A stretch of 64,000 bases of DNA from an uncultured Gammaproteobacteria bacterium (GCA_963706815.1 CAVPNS010000001.1:230802-294801), one strand, 5' to 3'. Positions 18,839-31,856 are shown, counted from the stretch's first letter. Notes: generated by a model from the sequence alone, not told the origin. Program-made: numbers and translations.

Positions 18839-20467
18839 TCAGGCCGCGTGGGTTTCGTCGGCGGAGGTCGCCGCGGTGCTGCTCATCGCGATCGCCGGCA
18901 GGTTGACCTTGAATCGGGTCGAGCGCCCGGGCTCGCTGCCCAGTGAGATGACGCCGCCGGCATCGTGCACATAACGCCGGACGAAGGCGAGGCCCGCACC
19001 GTGCTTCTTCTCGCCCGGCGCCTCCTCGAGGGTCGTGAACCGGGACTTGAAGATCATCTTCAGTGCCTGCCGGTCGCCAAGGTGGCGGGCGGCGCCGGGC
19101 GTGATCAGCAATTTCGAGACGGCGATTTCCCGGACCGCATCCGGGTCGATGCCGCGCCCATCGTCCTCGAAGGTCATCTCGAAGCTGCCGTCGGGCAGTG
19201 TCGCGAAGTCGAGATTCAGGTGCCCGACGCGGGGCTTGCCGAGCGTCGCGCGTTCGGCGCCGGGCTCGATGCCGTGCTGGACCGCGTTGCGGATCAGCTG
19301 GATGACGATGTTCTTGACGGTCGACTGGTAGCCCGCCGGTATCTCGTGCAGACCGCTGCATTGCAGGACCACCGGCCTGGACTGTTCCTTGGCCGCGTTC
19401 TCGGTCAGGCGTGCAAACGTATGCGCGAGCGTGCCCGCGGTCGCGACCGGCGGCGGCGGCGCATCGGCGCCCTGCCGCTCGAGGAGCTGCGCGACGAATT
19501 TCGGCTCTGCGGTCACATCCGAGCCGCTGATCGGAGGACGGCTGACGCCGTCCATGTCGCGGACCGACTCCATCGGCGCCGGGGCGTCGACGAAGCGGCT
19601 CAGCGACTGCACCAGCGAGAACTGGATGTAGAACTCGTCGAGCTTGACGGCCAGCGGCAGGAAATCGTTGCCGCTCAGCACCGGGCGGTCGCGCAACTCG
19701 AGCAGCGCGGTCTCGAACTGTCTGGCCGCGCCGACCAGCGAAGAGAGATTCGTCGCGGCAAGATTGCGGCCGATCCGGTCCACTTCGGCGAGCGTCTGTT
19801 CCAGCTTGGAGCGAAATGCCGTCTGCTCGCGCGCCGGGCGGCGCAGGATGTCGTTGATCGAGTTCATCGCCGTGTCGGTACTGCGCACCAGCGCCGCGAA
19901 GCGGGTCGCGCCGAGGCGCATCATGGTCTGCAGGATGTCGGCCTGCGCGCGCACCTGCAGGCGCAGGTCCTCGATCTCGCGGGCCTGCAGCAAGGGCGTC
20001 GTCTGATCGGTGACCCGCACGAGCACGCTGCCGGGCTCGCCCGCGATGCTCATTGCCGCGAACTCGAACGAATAATGCAGCAGGTCGTTGGCGCCATGCC
20101 CGTTCGTGAAGCGCACTTCGAGTTCCAGCGGCGGCTGCCAGCCGGGCGCCGCGGAGCCGGCCGGCGGTTCGCGCGCGTCGGCCAGGTGCTGAAGTGCGGC
20201 CACCAGGAATTTCTTCGCTACGATCGGCTGCAGCAGGTCCGCGAACCGGATGCCGGCAAGGTCACTGCGCCGGAACAGAGCCGCCAGGGACGGCGACAGC
20301 GGCGCCACGATCGAGTCGTTCGCATCGAGCGCGAATATGCCCTGCGGGAGGCTGCGCAGCAGCAGCTCCTGCAGGCCCTTGCCGGCGTCTGCGCCCGGCG
20401 CTGCGGGTGGCGGTGGCGGTGCCTGGACCAGTGTGAACATTCCACCGAGGATGCCAAAACACGGCAT
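18839..20467 (-). CDS. Signalling protein with a CheA-type HATPase_c domain, a PAS-like N-terminus and a helical middle region; no obvious phospho-accepting His box
   Basis: 542-aa intact ORF. The C-terminus has CheA-like N-box and G-box contexts (IQLIRNAVQHGIEPG, FEDDGRGIDPD, FKSRFTT, HGAGLAFV). I saw no HisKA H-box, Hpt HxxKG motif or CheW-like domain. Confidence 0.72.
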   Translation of the reverse strand: MPCFGILGGMFTLVQAPPPPPAAPGADAGKGLQELLLRSLPQGIFALDANDSIVAPLSPSLAALFRRSDLAGIRFADLLQPIVAKKFLVAALQHLADAREPPAGSAAPGWQPPLELEVRFTNGHGANDLLHYSFEFAAMSIAGEPGSVLVRVTDQTTPLLQAREIEDLRLQVRAQADILQTMMRLGATRFAALVRSTDTAMNSINDILRRPAREQTAFRSKLEQTLAEVDRIGRNLAATNLSSLVGAARQFETALLELRDRPVLSGNDFLPLAVKLDEFYIQFSLVQSLSRFVDAPAPMESVRDMDGVSRPPISGSDVTAEPKFVAQLLERQGADAPPPPVATAGTLAHTFARLTENAAKEQSRPVVLQCSGLHEIPAGYQSTVKNIVIQLIRNAVQHGIEPGAERATLGKPRVGHLNLDFATLPDGSFEMTFEDDGRGIDPDAVREIAVSKLLITPGAARHLGDRQALKMIFKSRFTTLEEAPGEKKHGAGLAFVRRYVHDAGGVISLGSEPGRSTRFKVNLPAIAMSSTAATSADETHAA

Positions 20468-20546
20468 TTTCCGGCGCGAACCCGATCACAGGCGCGGCCT
20501 GCGGCGGCGGCGCAGCCGGCCCCACGGATCCGGCCTGTGACCTGGA

Positions 20547-21821
20547 TCACGCTTCGGCGAGGGGCGGCGCGGCGATCGGCGCGACGTCGGCGAGCAGTTC
20601 GTCGGTGTTGGCGTAGCGCTGGTGCGCGCTCTTGGCGAGCAACCGGTCGATGATGGGCTGGTGCTCCGACAGGTTCTCGGGCAGCTGCGGTATCGGCGCG
20701 TTGCTGTGCTGCGCCATGATCTCCACGGCGCTTTTTCCCGTATAGGGACGCTGCCCGGTCAGCATCTCGTAGAACATCACGCCGAGGCTGTACAGGTCGG
20801 TGCGCACATCGACCTGCTGGCCCATCGACTGCTCGGGACTGATGTAGTAGGGGGACCCGACGATCTGGCCATGCGCGGTCACGGTGTTGTCGCCGATGGC
20901 GCGGCGCGCCAGGCCGAAGTCGATGAGCACCGGCGAGTTGTCCTCGCGCAGCATGACGTTCGCGGGTTTCAGGTCGCGATGCAGGACCCCGAACACGTGG
21001 ATCACGCGCAGCGCCTCGGCAATCGTTCGCAGGTAGTAGAGGCTCTCGGCTCGACGCTGAGCGGGTTGCGCAGCCGCTCGCGCAAGTCGCCGCACGGAAA
21101 ATACTCCATCGCCAGGATACAGGTGCTGCGGCAGCGTGCCGAAATCGTAGATCTCGGCGATCGAGCGCTGTGCGAAACGCTGGAAATGATCTCGTATTCC
21201 CGCTGGAAGCGTTCCGCGTCCTCCATCTCGCGCGGACTCGATGCCGCGCTTCATGATCTTGAGCACCACGTTGCGCCGCAGCCGCTCGCTCCTGGCGAGG
21301 AACACCGACGAGAAGTTGCTGGTCGCTATGCGCTTGATGATCGCGTAGCCCGGCACCTCGACGGCCGCCTCGGCGCCGTCCGCCGCTGCCGGAGAGGCCG
21401 CGGACATCGCCGCGCGCCGTCGCGCCATCGCCGCGCTCGATGCTGTCGAACAGCGATCTCGCGCGTCAGGCGCGTGAGCGGCAGGTAATCGCCGGCGCCG
21501 CTCTTGAGCGCCTGGACGGCGGTCAGTTCGATCGCCATGGTCGGCCAGCACGATGCAGAACAGGTCCGCGCGCCGGGACAGCCAGGACCCGATCTGGCGC
21601 AGGGCCGCATTTGCGGAACTCTGGGCCTCGAAGTCGATCTGAAGGAACACGGCGTCCGGACAGGCACTGTCGATCAGGTGTGCCACCTCCTCGGGCGCGG
21701 CCCCCTGAGGGTCGTCACCTGTGCATCGGCCCAATGGCTGGTCACATGGTGATTCAGCCACTGGAGGCGCTGAGGGTCGCCGCCGACTGCGACGAGGGTC
21801 GGTCCGCTGGAGGTTTGCCAT
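20547..21821 (-). pseudogene. Receiver-like domain fused to a Hanks-type Ser/Thr protein kinase, frameshifted
   Basis: The kinase core is in the listed frame (HRDLKPANVML, DFGLAR, GSPYYISPEQ, DLYSLGVMFYEMLTG). Earlier subdomains are in other frames: FQREYEIISS and LAMEYFPCGDLRERL in 21002..21226. The receiver-like end MAIELTAVQALKSGAGDYLPLT is in 21326..21667, and PTLVAVGGDPQRLQWL is in 21674..22057. The putative ATG is at 21821 (MANLQ). Confidence 0.72.
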
Positions 21822-21890
21822 TGCTGGTAGGCTAGCCCTGTGCGCGCCCTGATGGCTTGTCGGAATTTCACAATTTGAGGATTTATCACG

Positions 21891-23366
21891 ATGGGTAGTA
21901 TCAGAACATGGTCCCTGGCGGCTGTTGCAGGCGTTTTGGTGGTCGTGGTGGCGCACCAGCGCTCCGCCGTCGCCGAATCGACTCCGGCCCGCGGCGCCGA
22001 CGTGGTCCTGGCGGCTCCGGGTGCGCCGGCGGCCCCCGCCCCGAGCGGCGTCCGCACGGGTCAGCGGGTTGCCCGATTTTCCGGACCTGGTCGCCGCGAA
22101 TGGCGCCTCGGTCGTGAATATCAGCGTGCTCGAGAAGCCGGGACGCGCCGGGCAGCAGGGCGATCCCGGAGAGGCCGGCGATCCGCTGTCACAATTCTTT
22201 CATCGCTACCAGATGCCGTCTCCCGAGCGCGCGCCCCCGACGCACGGCATCGGTTCCGGCTTCATCATCAGCTCCGACGGCTACATCCTGACCAACGCCC
22301 ACGTGGTGGCGGATGCCGCGACGGTGACCGTGAAGCTGACGGACCGGCGCGAATTCTCCGCGAAGGTCATCGGCGTCGACCGCCCAGCGACGTTGCCCTG
22401 ATCAAGATACCGGCAACCGGCCTGCCGGCCGTGCGCTTCGGAGACCTGTCGCGCATCTGCGTCCCGGACAGTGGGTCATCGCAATCGGCTCGCCGTTCGG
22501 CTTTGAAAACAGCGTCACTGCCGGCGTCATCAGCGGCACGGCGCGCGCCCTGCCGGATGAGAACTACGTGCCGTTCATCCAGACCGATGCGGCCGTCAAT
22601 CCCGGCAATTCCGGCGGCCCGCTGTTCAACCTCGACGGCGAGGTGATCGGCATCAACGCGCAGATCTACAGCCGCACCGGCGGCTACATGGGCATGTCGT
22701 TTGCCATCCCGATCGACCTGGCGCTGAACGTCAAGGATCAGCTGCTGCATTCCGGCAAGGTCAGCCGCAGCCGGATCGGCGTTGCGGTGCAGGAAGTCAA
22801 CCAGCAGCTGGCGCAGACCTTCGGCCTGTCCCGGCCGCACGGGGCGCTGATCAGCGCGGTTGAGCCGAAGAGCCCGGGCGAGCGCAGCGGCATGCAGCCC
22901 GGCGACGTCATTACCAGCGTCAATGGCCATGAGATCGAGCATTCGTCCGACCTGCCGTCGGTGATTGCTGCACTGCCGCCGGGCAGCGAGGCGCGCATCG
23001 GCGTTTGGCACGATCACAAGGCGACGGAACTGCGCGTGCGAACGGTGCTGTTGCAGGACGAGCCGGCACAGGCCGCCAAGAACGACAGCGAGGATGGCGG
23101 CGGCAAGCTCGGCCTGGCGGTGCGGCCGCTGGACCCCGATGAACAGCACGAAATGCACACCCGCGGCCGCCTGGTCATCGAGGACGTCTCGGGGCCCGCG
23201 CTCGCGGCCGGTGTCGCAGACCGGGGACGTGGTGCTGGGCGTCAATGGTGCGGCCGTCAACACCGTCGCCGAGCTGAAGCGCGAAGTCGCGCGGGCCGGG
23301 CACAGCGTGGCGCTGCTGATCCAGCGCGAGGATGCCCAGATCTACGTGCCGGTCGACATCGGCTAG
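21891..23366 (+). pseudogene. DegP/HtrA/MucD-type periplasmic serine endoprotease (trypsin-like domain plus two PDZ domains), frameshifted
   Basis: The signal peptide is in the 21891 frame. GSGFIISSDGYILTNAHVV is in 21925..22401. [25 protein letters not shown] and the first PDZ domain are in 22568..23377. The second PDZ domain and the C-terminus ([21 protein letters not shown]...YVPVDIG-stop) are in 22965..23366. Confidence 0.85.
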
Positions 23367-23423
23367 GGTCCCCATAGGCGCTTTCGTTGTACATACGGCG
23401 CGGAATCCGCTCTAATCCCGGCG

Positions 23424-25588
<2,165 letters not shown>

Positions 25589-25720
25589 CAAGGAATCGCT
25601 TGCTAGCGTCCGGCCCGAGCGATTAAAGTTCCGGGTTGTCTTACAGTTTCTCGCCAACAGCCGGAAGAGCGGCTGGGCCGGGCGCAGAACGGATTCGGAA
25701 CGAGCGGGCGAGAACGATAA

Positions 25721-28194
25721 ATGGAAAAATGGATCGTACACAAATTCGGCGGCTCCAGCGTCGCCGACGCGGCGTGCATGCGCCGTGTCGCGGATATCGT
25801 CGAGGCCTCCGCCAATCCCCGCGAAGCGGTCGTCCTGTCCGCCTGCCGCGGCGTGACCGACTCGCTGCTCGGGCTGATCAGGCTCGCTGAACAGCCCGAC
25901 GGGAATTTCCTGGCTGCGCTGCGCACGCTCGAGAAGCGGCACCAGGCCCTGGCCGCCGAACTGCTCCCGCCGGAGATGGGCGACATCTTCTGCTCCAACC
26001 TCGCCGCCGACGTCCGCGATATCGCCGGCATGCTGCAGACGGTCAGGCTGATCCGCTCGGCGCCGTACTCGGTCCGCGACCTGGTCTCCGGTTACGGCGA
26101 GATCTGGTCGACGAGCCTGTTCGCACCGTTGCTGCGTGCCCGCGGCCGCATCCGCTGCGATGTGAAGTGGATCGACGCCCGCCAGGTCGTCATCGTCGAG
26201 TGGGGTCCGCTCGGCCCCGCCGTGCAATGGGCACAGAGCGAGAAGAACCTGCAGCGGCTGGTCAGCGGCGATTTCACCGGCCGCCTGGTCGTGACCGGGT
26301 TCGTGGCCACGACGGTCGGCGGCACCCAGACGACACTGGGGCGCAACGGCAGCGACTTCTCCGGCTCCATCTTCGGCGCGTTGCTCAATGCCGCCGAGAT
26401 CCATATCTGGACCGACGTCGACGGGGTGCTGTCGGCCGACCCGCGCCTGGTGCCGAATGCCGAGGTGATCGACCAGCTGTCGTACAACGAAGCGATGGAG
26501 CTGGCCTATTTCGGCGCCAAGGTGATCCATCCGCAGACGATGGAGCCGGCGGTCGCCCGCGACATCCCGATCTACATCCGCAATACGTTTGCGCCGCAGA
26601 AGCGCGGTACCCTGATCTGCGCGCATCCGAGCTCCGCGCTGATCGTCAAGGGCATCACGACGATCGACCCGGTCGCGCTCGTCAACGTGGAGGGAGCGGG
26701 CATGATCGGCGTGCCCGGCACGGCTCACCGGCTGTTCGGGGCGCTGCGCGATGCGGGCATATCCGTCATCCTGATTTCCCAGGGCAGTTCGGAGCATTCG
26801 ATCTGCTTCGCGATCCCGGAAGACCAGTCGCGGCGGGCCGAGGACGCGGTCCGCCGTGCGTTCGACACGGAACTGCGCGATGGCCAGATCCAGAGCGTCG
26901 ATGTGGACCACGGACTCAGCATCCTGGCCGTGGTCGGCGACGGGATGGCCGGCGCGCCACGGAGTCGCGGCCCAGGTGTTCAAGTCCCTGGCCCGGGCCG
27001 CGATCAACGTGCGCGCCATCGCGCAGGGCGCGTCCGAGCGCAACATCTCGGTCGTCGTCGACGGCAAGACGGCCGCGAAGGCGCTGCGCGCCGTGCATGC
27101 GGGCTTCTACCTTTCGGCCAACACGCTGTCGATCGGCCTGATCGGCCCGGGAACCGTCGGCCGGGTCCTGCTGGCGCAGATCCTCTCGCAGCTGCAGCGC
27201 CTGCGCTCGCTGAACGTGGATTTCCGGGTGCGCGGCATCGCGACCTCCACGCGCATGCTGCTGGACGAGCATTCGATCGACCTCGCAGGCTGGCGCGACA
27301 GGCTGGCGTCGTCCGGCGAGCCGCTGGACCTCGTGAAATTCGCGCAGCACGTCCAGGCCGACTACATTCCGCACACGGCGATCGTCGACTGCACGGCCAG
27401 TGCGGACGTCGCGTCGAACTACCGTTCCTGGCTCGCACGCGGAATCCACGTCGTGACCCCGAACAAGAAGGCCAACAGCGGCCCGCTGCCGGCCTACCGG
27501 GCGCTGCAGGAAGCGCGGCGCGCCTCCGGCACCCATTATCTTTACGAGGCAACCGTCGGTGCGGGCCTGCCGGTGATACAGACGCTGCGCGACCTGCGGG
27601 AGACCGGCGACGACATCACCAGCATCGAGGGAATTTTCTCCGGAACCCTCGCGTACCTGTTCAACGTGTTCGACGGCAGCGCGACATTCTCCTCGATCGT
27701 CAGGGCCGCCCGGCAGAAGGGCTTCACCGAGCCGGATCCGCGCGACGACCTGTCCGGCATGGACGTGGCGCGCAAGCTGATCATCCTGGCGCGCGAGATG
27801 GGCCTGACCCTCGAGATGACCGACGTGCGGGTCGAGGGACTCGTGCCGGCCGCGCTGCAGGCGTGCAGCGTCGAGGAGTTCATGCAGCGCCTGCCGGAAT
27901 TCGACAAAGGCATGGCGGACACGCTGGCGCAGTCGGCCGCCGAGGGCAAGGTGCTGCGCTACGTGGGCCGTGTCGATGCAACGGGCGCCGCCACCGTCGG
28001 CCTGGTACGCCTGCCGGCCAGCCATGCATTCGCGCAACATCGCGCTGACCGACAATGTCGTGCGCTTTGCGACGCGGCGCTACAACGAGAATCCGCTGAT
28101 AGTGCAGGGTCCCGGCGCCGGTCCGGAAGTGACCGCCGGGGGCGTATTCGCGGACCTGCTGCGTCTCGCCGCCTACCTGGGCGCGCACATCTGA
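25721..28194 (+). pseudogene. thrA: Bifunctional aspartokinase / homoserine dehydrogenase, two frameshifts
   Basis: The N-terminus MEKWIVHKFGGSSVADA and the aspartokinase and ACT regions are in the 25721 frame, up to LAVVGDGMAG. The sequence continues as VAAQVFKSLARAAINVRAIAQGASERNIS and the homoserine dehydrogenase domain in 26856..28466. The C-terminus NIALTDNVVRFATRRYNENPLIVQGPGAGPEVTAGGVFADLLRLA is in 27970..28194. Confidence 0.88.
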
Positions 28195-28209
28195 GGGCAG
28201 CGCACGGCC

Positions 28210-29151
28210 ATGAAACCCGCCTACGACGACGTGACCGCATTTGCCCCGGCGACGGTGGCCAATGTCGCGATCGGTTTCGACATCCTCGGACATACCGTCG
28301 AGGCCGTCGGCGACCGCGTGCGGATCCAGCGCATCGAGGCGCCGGAAGTGCGCATACGCTCGATCAGCGGCATCGCCGGCGACCTGCCGGTCGAGCCGGA
28401 GCGCAACACCGCCGGGCGCGCGGTGCAGGCGATGCACCAGGCGCTGAACCTGCCCTACGGGTTTGAATTGTCGATCGACAAGGGCATTCCGCTTTCTTCC
28501 GGGATGGGCGGATCGGCGGCATCCGCGGTGGCTGCGGTGGTCGCGGCCAACGCACTGCTCGAGCAGCCGCTGACGCGCCTGCAGCTGCTGCAGTTCGCGA
28601 TCCAGGGCGAAGTCATCGCGAGCGGCTCGGTGCACGTGGACAATATCGCGCCCTGCCTGTTCGGGGGCCTGGTCCTGACGGTCGGCATCGATCATCCGCG
28701 CATCAAGCAGATCCCGGTGCCGAAGTCGCTGCGCTGTGTGCTCGTGCACCCGCACATGCACCTGGGCACGCGCGAGGCGCGCGCAATCCTGCGCGCGAGC
28801 GTCACGCGCTCGGACTTCGTCTGGCAGACCGCAAATCTGGCCGGATTCATCAGCGGCTGCTATTCGAACGACCTGGACATGATCCGCGAGTCCTTTGACG
28901 ATGTCGTGATCGAACCGCAGCGCCAGTCGCTGATTCCCGGCTTCGCGGACGTCAAGCAGGGAGCGATGTCGCAGGGAGCGCTCGGCTGCTCGATCTCCGG
29001 CGCCGGCCCCACGGTATTCGCGTGGGCCGAGACGCATCGTACGGTCGCGGTGCAAGCGGCCATGGTGGCCGGATTCAGGGCCCACGGACTCGCGACCGAC
29101 GCGTGGATTTCGGCGATTGAAAATGACGGCGCGCGGATCGTAAGCCCGTGA
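28210..29151 (+). CDS. thrB: Homoserine kinase
   Basis: 313-aa intact ORF with the GHMP kinase motif KGIPLSSGMGGSAAS. It sits between thrA and thrC. Confidence 0.9.
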   Translation: MKPAYDDVTAFAPATVANVAIGFDILGHTVEAVGDRVRIQRIEAPEVRIRSISGIAGDLPVEPERNTAGRAVQAMHQALNLPYGFELSIDKGIPLSSGMGGSAASAVAAVVAANALLEQPLTRLQLLQFAIQGEVIASGSVHVDNIAPCLFGGLVLTVGIDHPRIKQIPVPKSLRCVLVHPHMHLGTREARAILRASVTRSDFVWQTANLAGFISGCYSNDLDMIRESFDDVVIEPQRQSLIPGFADVKQGAMSQGALGCSISGAGPTVFAWAETHRTVAVQAAMVAGFRAHGLATDAWISAIENDGARIVSP

Positions 29152-30458
29152 CGGCGATTTCCGGCTATGTCAGTACCCGCGGATCCGGGGCGCCGGTCAC
29201 GCTGTCCGAGGCCATTGCCCGCGGCCTCGCGCCGGACGGCGGTTTGTACGTGCCGCAGCACCTGCCCGGGCTCGACATGGCCGGCTTCGCCGCTTCCTCG
29301 CGCCTGCCGGAGCTGGCGCGGCATGCGCTGGCCGGTTTTTTCCGCGGCGACCGGTTGCAGGCCGAGCTCGCGCCGATCGCTGATGCCGCGCTCGATATCC
29401 CGGCGCCGACGACGCGCGTCGCGGCCTGCCCGGACCCGCTGTACGCACTGGAGCTTTTTCACGGACCGACGGCCGCTTTCAAGGATTTCGGCGCACGATT
29501 CCTGGCCGAGAGCCTGCAGCGGCTCGAAACCAGTGCCTCGAGGCCGCTGACGATCCTGGTCGCGACGTCCGGCGATACCGGGGGCGCGGTGGCGGCAGCG
29601 TTTCATCGACGCCCCTGGGCTCGTGTGGTGATCCTGTACCCGCGCGGCCTGGTCAGCCCCCGGCAGGAGCAGCAACTGACCTGCTGGGGCGAGAATGTCA
29701 GCTCGCTGCGCGTCGGGGGCACCTTCGATGATTGCCAGCGCCTGGTCAAGGAGGCGTTCACCGACGCGGATCTCGCGCTCCGGCACCGCTTCAGTTCCGC
29801 GAACAGCATCAATATCGGGCGACTGCTGCCGCAGATGGTCTACTACGTCTCCTCCAGCCTGGAGGTTCAGCGCCTCACGGGCCGCAAGGCGTCCTTCATC
29901 ATCCCGGCCGGCAATCTCGGCAACGCATTCGCCGCGATCTGGGCGCGCGCGCTGGGGCTGCCGATCGGGCGCATCGTGCTCGCGCACAACAGCAACCGGA
30001 CGGTCCCCGATTTCCTGCAGAGCGGCGCGTGGCGGCCGCGACCGAGCGTCGCGACGCTCGCATCTGCGATGGACGTCGGCGATCCGAGCAACATGGAGCG
30101 GCTGCGTTCGCTGTTTCCGGACATCGGCAGCCTGCGTGCGCAGCTCAGCGCAGACAGCGTCGACGGTGCCGCCATTGCCGCGCGCATCCGCGAGGATTTT
30201 GCGCAGTACGGGCGCATCTGGTGCCCGCATACCGCGACCGCCGCGGAAATCTACCGGCGCCTGCCGCCGCAGGAACGGCGCGACCATCCGTGGGTGCTGG
30301 TCGCGACGGCGCATCCGGCGAAGTTCAATGAAATCGTCGAACCGCTGATCGGCCGCCCCATCGAGGTGCCCGCCGCCCTTGCGCAGCTGCTGCGCCTGCC
30401 GCAGCGCTACCGCGACGTGACGCCGTCGCTCGATTCGCTGGCTGCCGCGCTCGCATGA
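29148..30458 (+). CDS. thrC: Threonine synthase
   Basis: 436-aa intact ORF. The GTG start overlaps the thrB stop (GTGA). The PLP-lysine context is FHGPTAAFKDFGARF. Confidence 0.92.
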   Translation: MTAISGYVSTRGSGAPVTLSEAIARGLAPDGGLYVPQHLPGLDMAGFAASSRLPELARHALAGFFRGDRLQAELAPIADAALDIPAPTTRVAACPDPLYALELFHGPTAAFKDFGARFLAESLQRLETSASRPLTILVATSGDTGGAVAAAFHRRPWARVVILYPRGLVSPRQEQQLTCWGENVSSLRVGGTFDDCQRLVKEAFTDADLALRHRFSSANSINIGRLLPQMVYYVSSSLEVQRLTGRKASFIIPAGNLGNAFAAIWARALGLPIGRIVLAHNSNRTVPDFLQSGAWRPRPSVATLASAMDVGDPSNMERLRSLFPDIGSLRAQLSADSVDGAAIAARIREDFAQYGRIWCPHTATAAEIYRRLPPQERRDHPWVLVATAHPAKFNEIVEPLIGRPIEVPAALAQLLRLPQRYRDVTPSLDSLAAALA

Positions 30459-31054
30459 ACGACTTCCCCGTGGAACCGAAGTGGGTGGCACTGGGCCTTG
30501 CGCTGGCCGTGCTGGCGGTCGCCGCGGCGGCCGCAATCCGGGTCTACCGGCGCCGCGCCCGTCGCCGGGCGCTGCTGGCGCGCCTGGAGCGGATCGCGCT
30601 GCGCGCGCTGCATCAGGTGGAAGTGCCGGATGGCATGGGCGGGCACATACACGTCGATCATCTGCTGCTGACGCAGCAGGGCATCCTGCTGCTCGACACC
30701 CGGCGCGTTTCCGGCCTGATATTCGGCGGCGACCAGATGAGCGAATGGACCGTGCTGGCGCGAAACCGCCGCTACACCTTCGAGAACCCTCAGCCGGCGC
30801 TGTACGACCGCGTCGCCGCGGTCAAGGCCCTGGTCGGGGAACTGCCGGTGGAAGGCCGGCTGCTGTTTTCCAGCGTCGGCAGGTTCACGAAGGGCAAGCC
30901 GAAGTGGGTCACGATGCTGGATGGGCTGGAGTTGGAATTCCCGCCGCTCGACCGCGCGGCGGGCGCCGCGGCGGGCGGCGACGAATACCTGGAAACCTGG
31001 GACCGGCTGGCGGCGCAGCTGCGGCCGAGCCCGCACGCATTCACGAGCCTGTAG
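30455..31054 (+). CDS. NERD (nuclease-related) domain protein with an N-terminal transmembrane helix
   Basis: 199-aa ORF whose ATG overlaps the thrC stop (ATGA). The TM segment is WVALGLALAVLAVAAAAAI. The NERD-like core is HIHVDHLLLTQQGILLLDTRRVSGLIFG. Confidence 0.75.
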   Translation: MNDFPVEPKWVALGLALAVLAVAAAAAIRVYRRRARRRALLARLERIALRALHQVEVPDGMGGHIHVDHLLLTQQGILLLDTRRVSGLIFGGDQMSEWTVLARNRRYTFENPQPALYDRVAAVKALVGELPVEGRLLFSSVGRFTKGKPKWVTMLDGLELEFPPLDRAAGAAAGGDEYLETWDRLAAQLRPSPHAFTSL

Positions 31055-31856
31055 GCGCCTGGGCGGGCAGCCTGAACAGGCGTTCGGCATTCCGGGTCGA
31101 TGCCGCGGCCAGCTCTGCCAGAGACTCGCCGCGCACGCCGGCCACGGCGCGCGCGATGTGCGGCAGGAATGCCGGCTCGTTGCGCCGGGCGGGGGGCGCG
31201 GGCCGCAGGTCACGCGGCAGCAGGTAAGGCGCGTCGGTCTCCAGCAGTATCCGGTCCGCAGGAATGAACGGCACCGCAGAGCGCAGTGCCGCGCCCCGGC
31301 GCTCGTCGCAGAGCCAGCCGGTGACGCCGACGCACAGGCCAAGCTGCAGGTAATCGTCGAGCTCGCCGGGTCCGCCGGTGAAGCAGTGTGCGACACCCCC
31401 GACGAGGCGCGGCCCGTAATCGCGCAGGATGGAGACGAAGTCGGCGTGCGCATCGCGCTGGTGCAGGAACACCGGCCGGGCGGCGCCGACGGCCAGCTCG
31501 AGCTGCGCGATGAAGGCAGCGCGCTGCGCGGCGCGCGGCGACAGGTCGCGGTAATAATCCAGTCCGCACTCGCCCACGGCGACGACTTCGCCGCGGCACA
31601 GAAGGGCGCGAAACCGCGCCTGTTGCGCCGGCTCGAAGCCGGCCGCGTGGTGCGGGTGGACACCGGCCGTGCTCCACAGCGTGCCCGGCTCGGCAGCCGC
31701 CAGATCCGCGGCCTGCAGCGAACTCGACAGGTCCGCGCCAGTCACGATCTGGCGCCTCACGCCCGCGGCGCGGGCCCGTTCGATGACCTTCGGCCGGTCG
31801 CCGGCAAAGCTCTGGTGCGTCAGGTTCGCGCCGATGTCGACAAGATCGAGTTTCAA
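31041..31856 (-). CDS. TatD-family metal-dependent hydrolase/DNase
   Basis: This is the tail of the 31041..32633 ORF. It reads KLDLVDIGANLTH...AGVHPHHA...VGECGLDYYR...FLHQRDAH...HCFTG...LLETDAPYL. I chose the TTG start at 31856 with GGGGACGGGA upstream. Confidence 0.85.
   Translation of the reverse strand: MKLDLVDIGANLTHQSFAGDRPKVIERARAAGVRRQIVTGADLSSSLQAADLAAAEPGTLWSTAGVHPHHAAGFEPAQQARFRALLCRGEVVAVGECGLDYYRDLSPRAAQRAAFIAQLELAVGAARPVFLHQRDAHADFVSILRDYGPRLVGGVAHCFTGGPGELDDYLQLGLCVGVTGWLCDERRGAALRSAVPFIPADRILLETDAPYLLPRDLRPAPPARRNEPAFLPHIARAVAGVRGESLAELAAASTRNAERLFRLPAQAPTGS

Noticed and set aside
25589-25720. thr-operon leader peptide or attenuator upstream of thrA.
   Set aside because: The spacer holds no small ORF rich in Thr or Ile codons and no terminator-like hairpin with a T-tract. 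There is only a 7-bp stem with a 17-nt loop.
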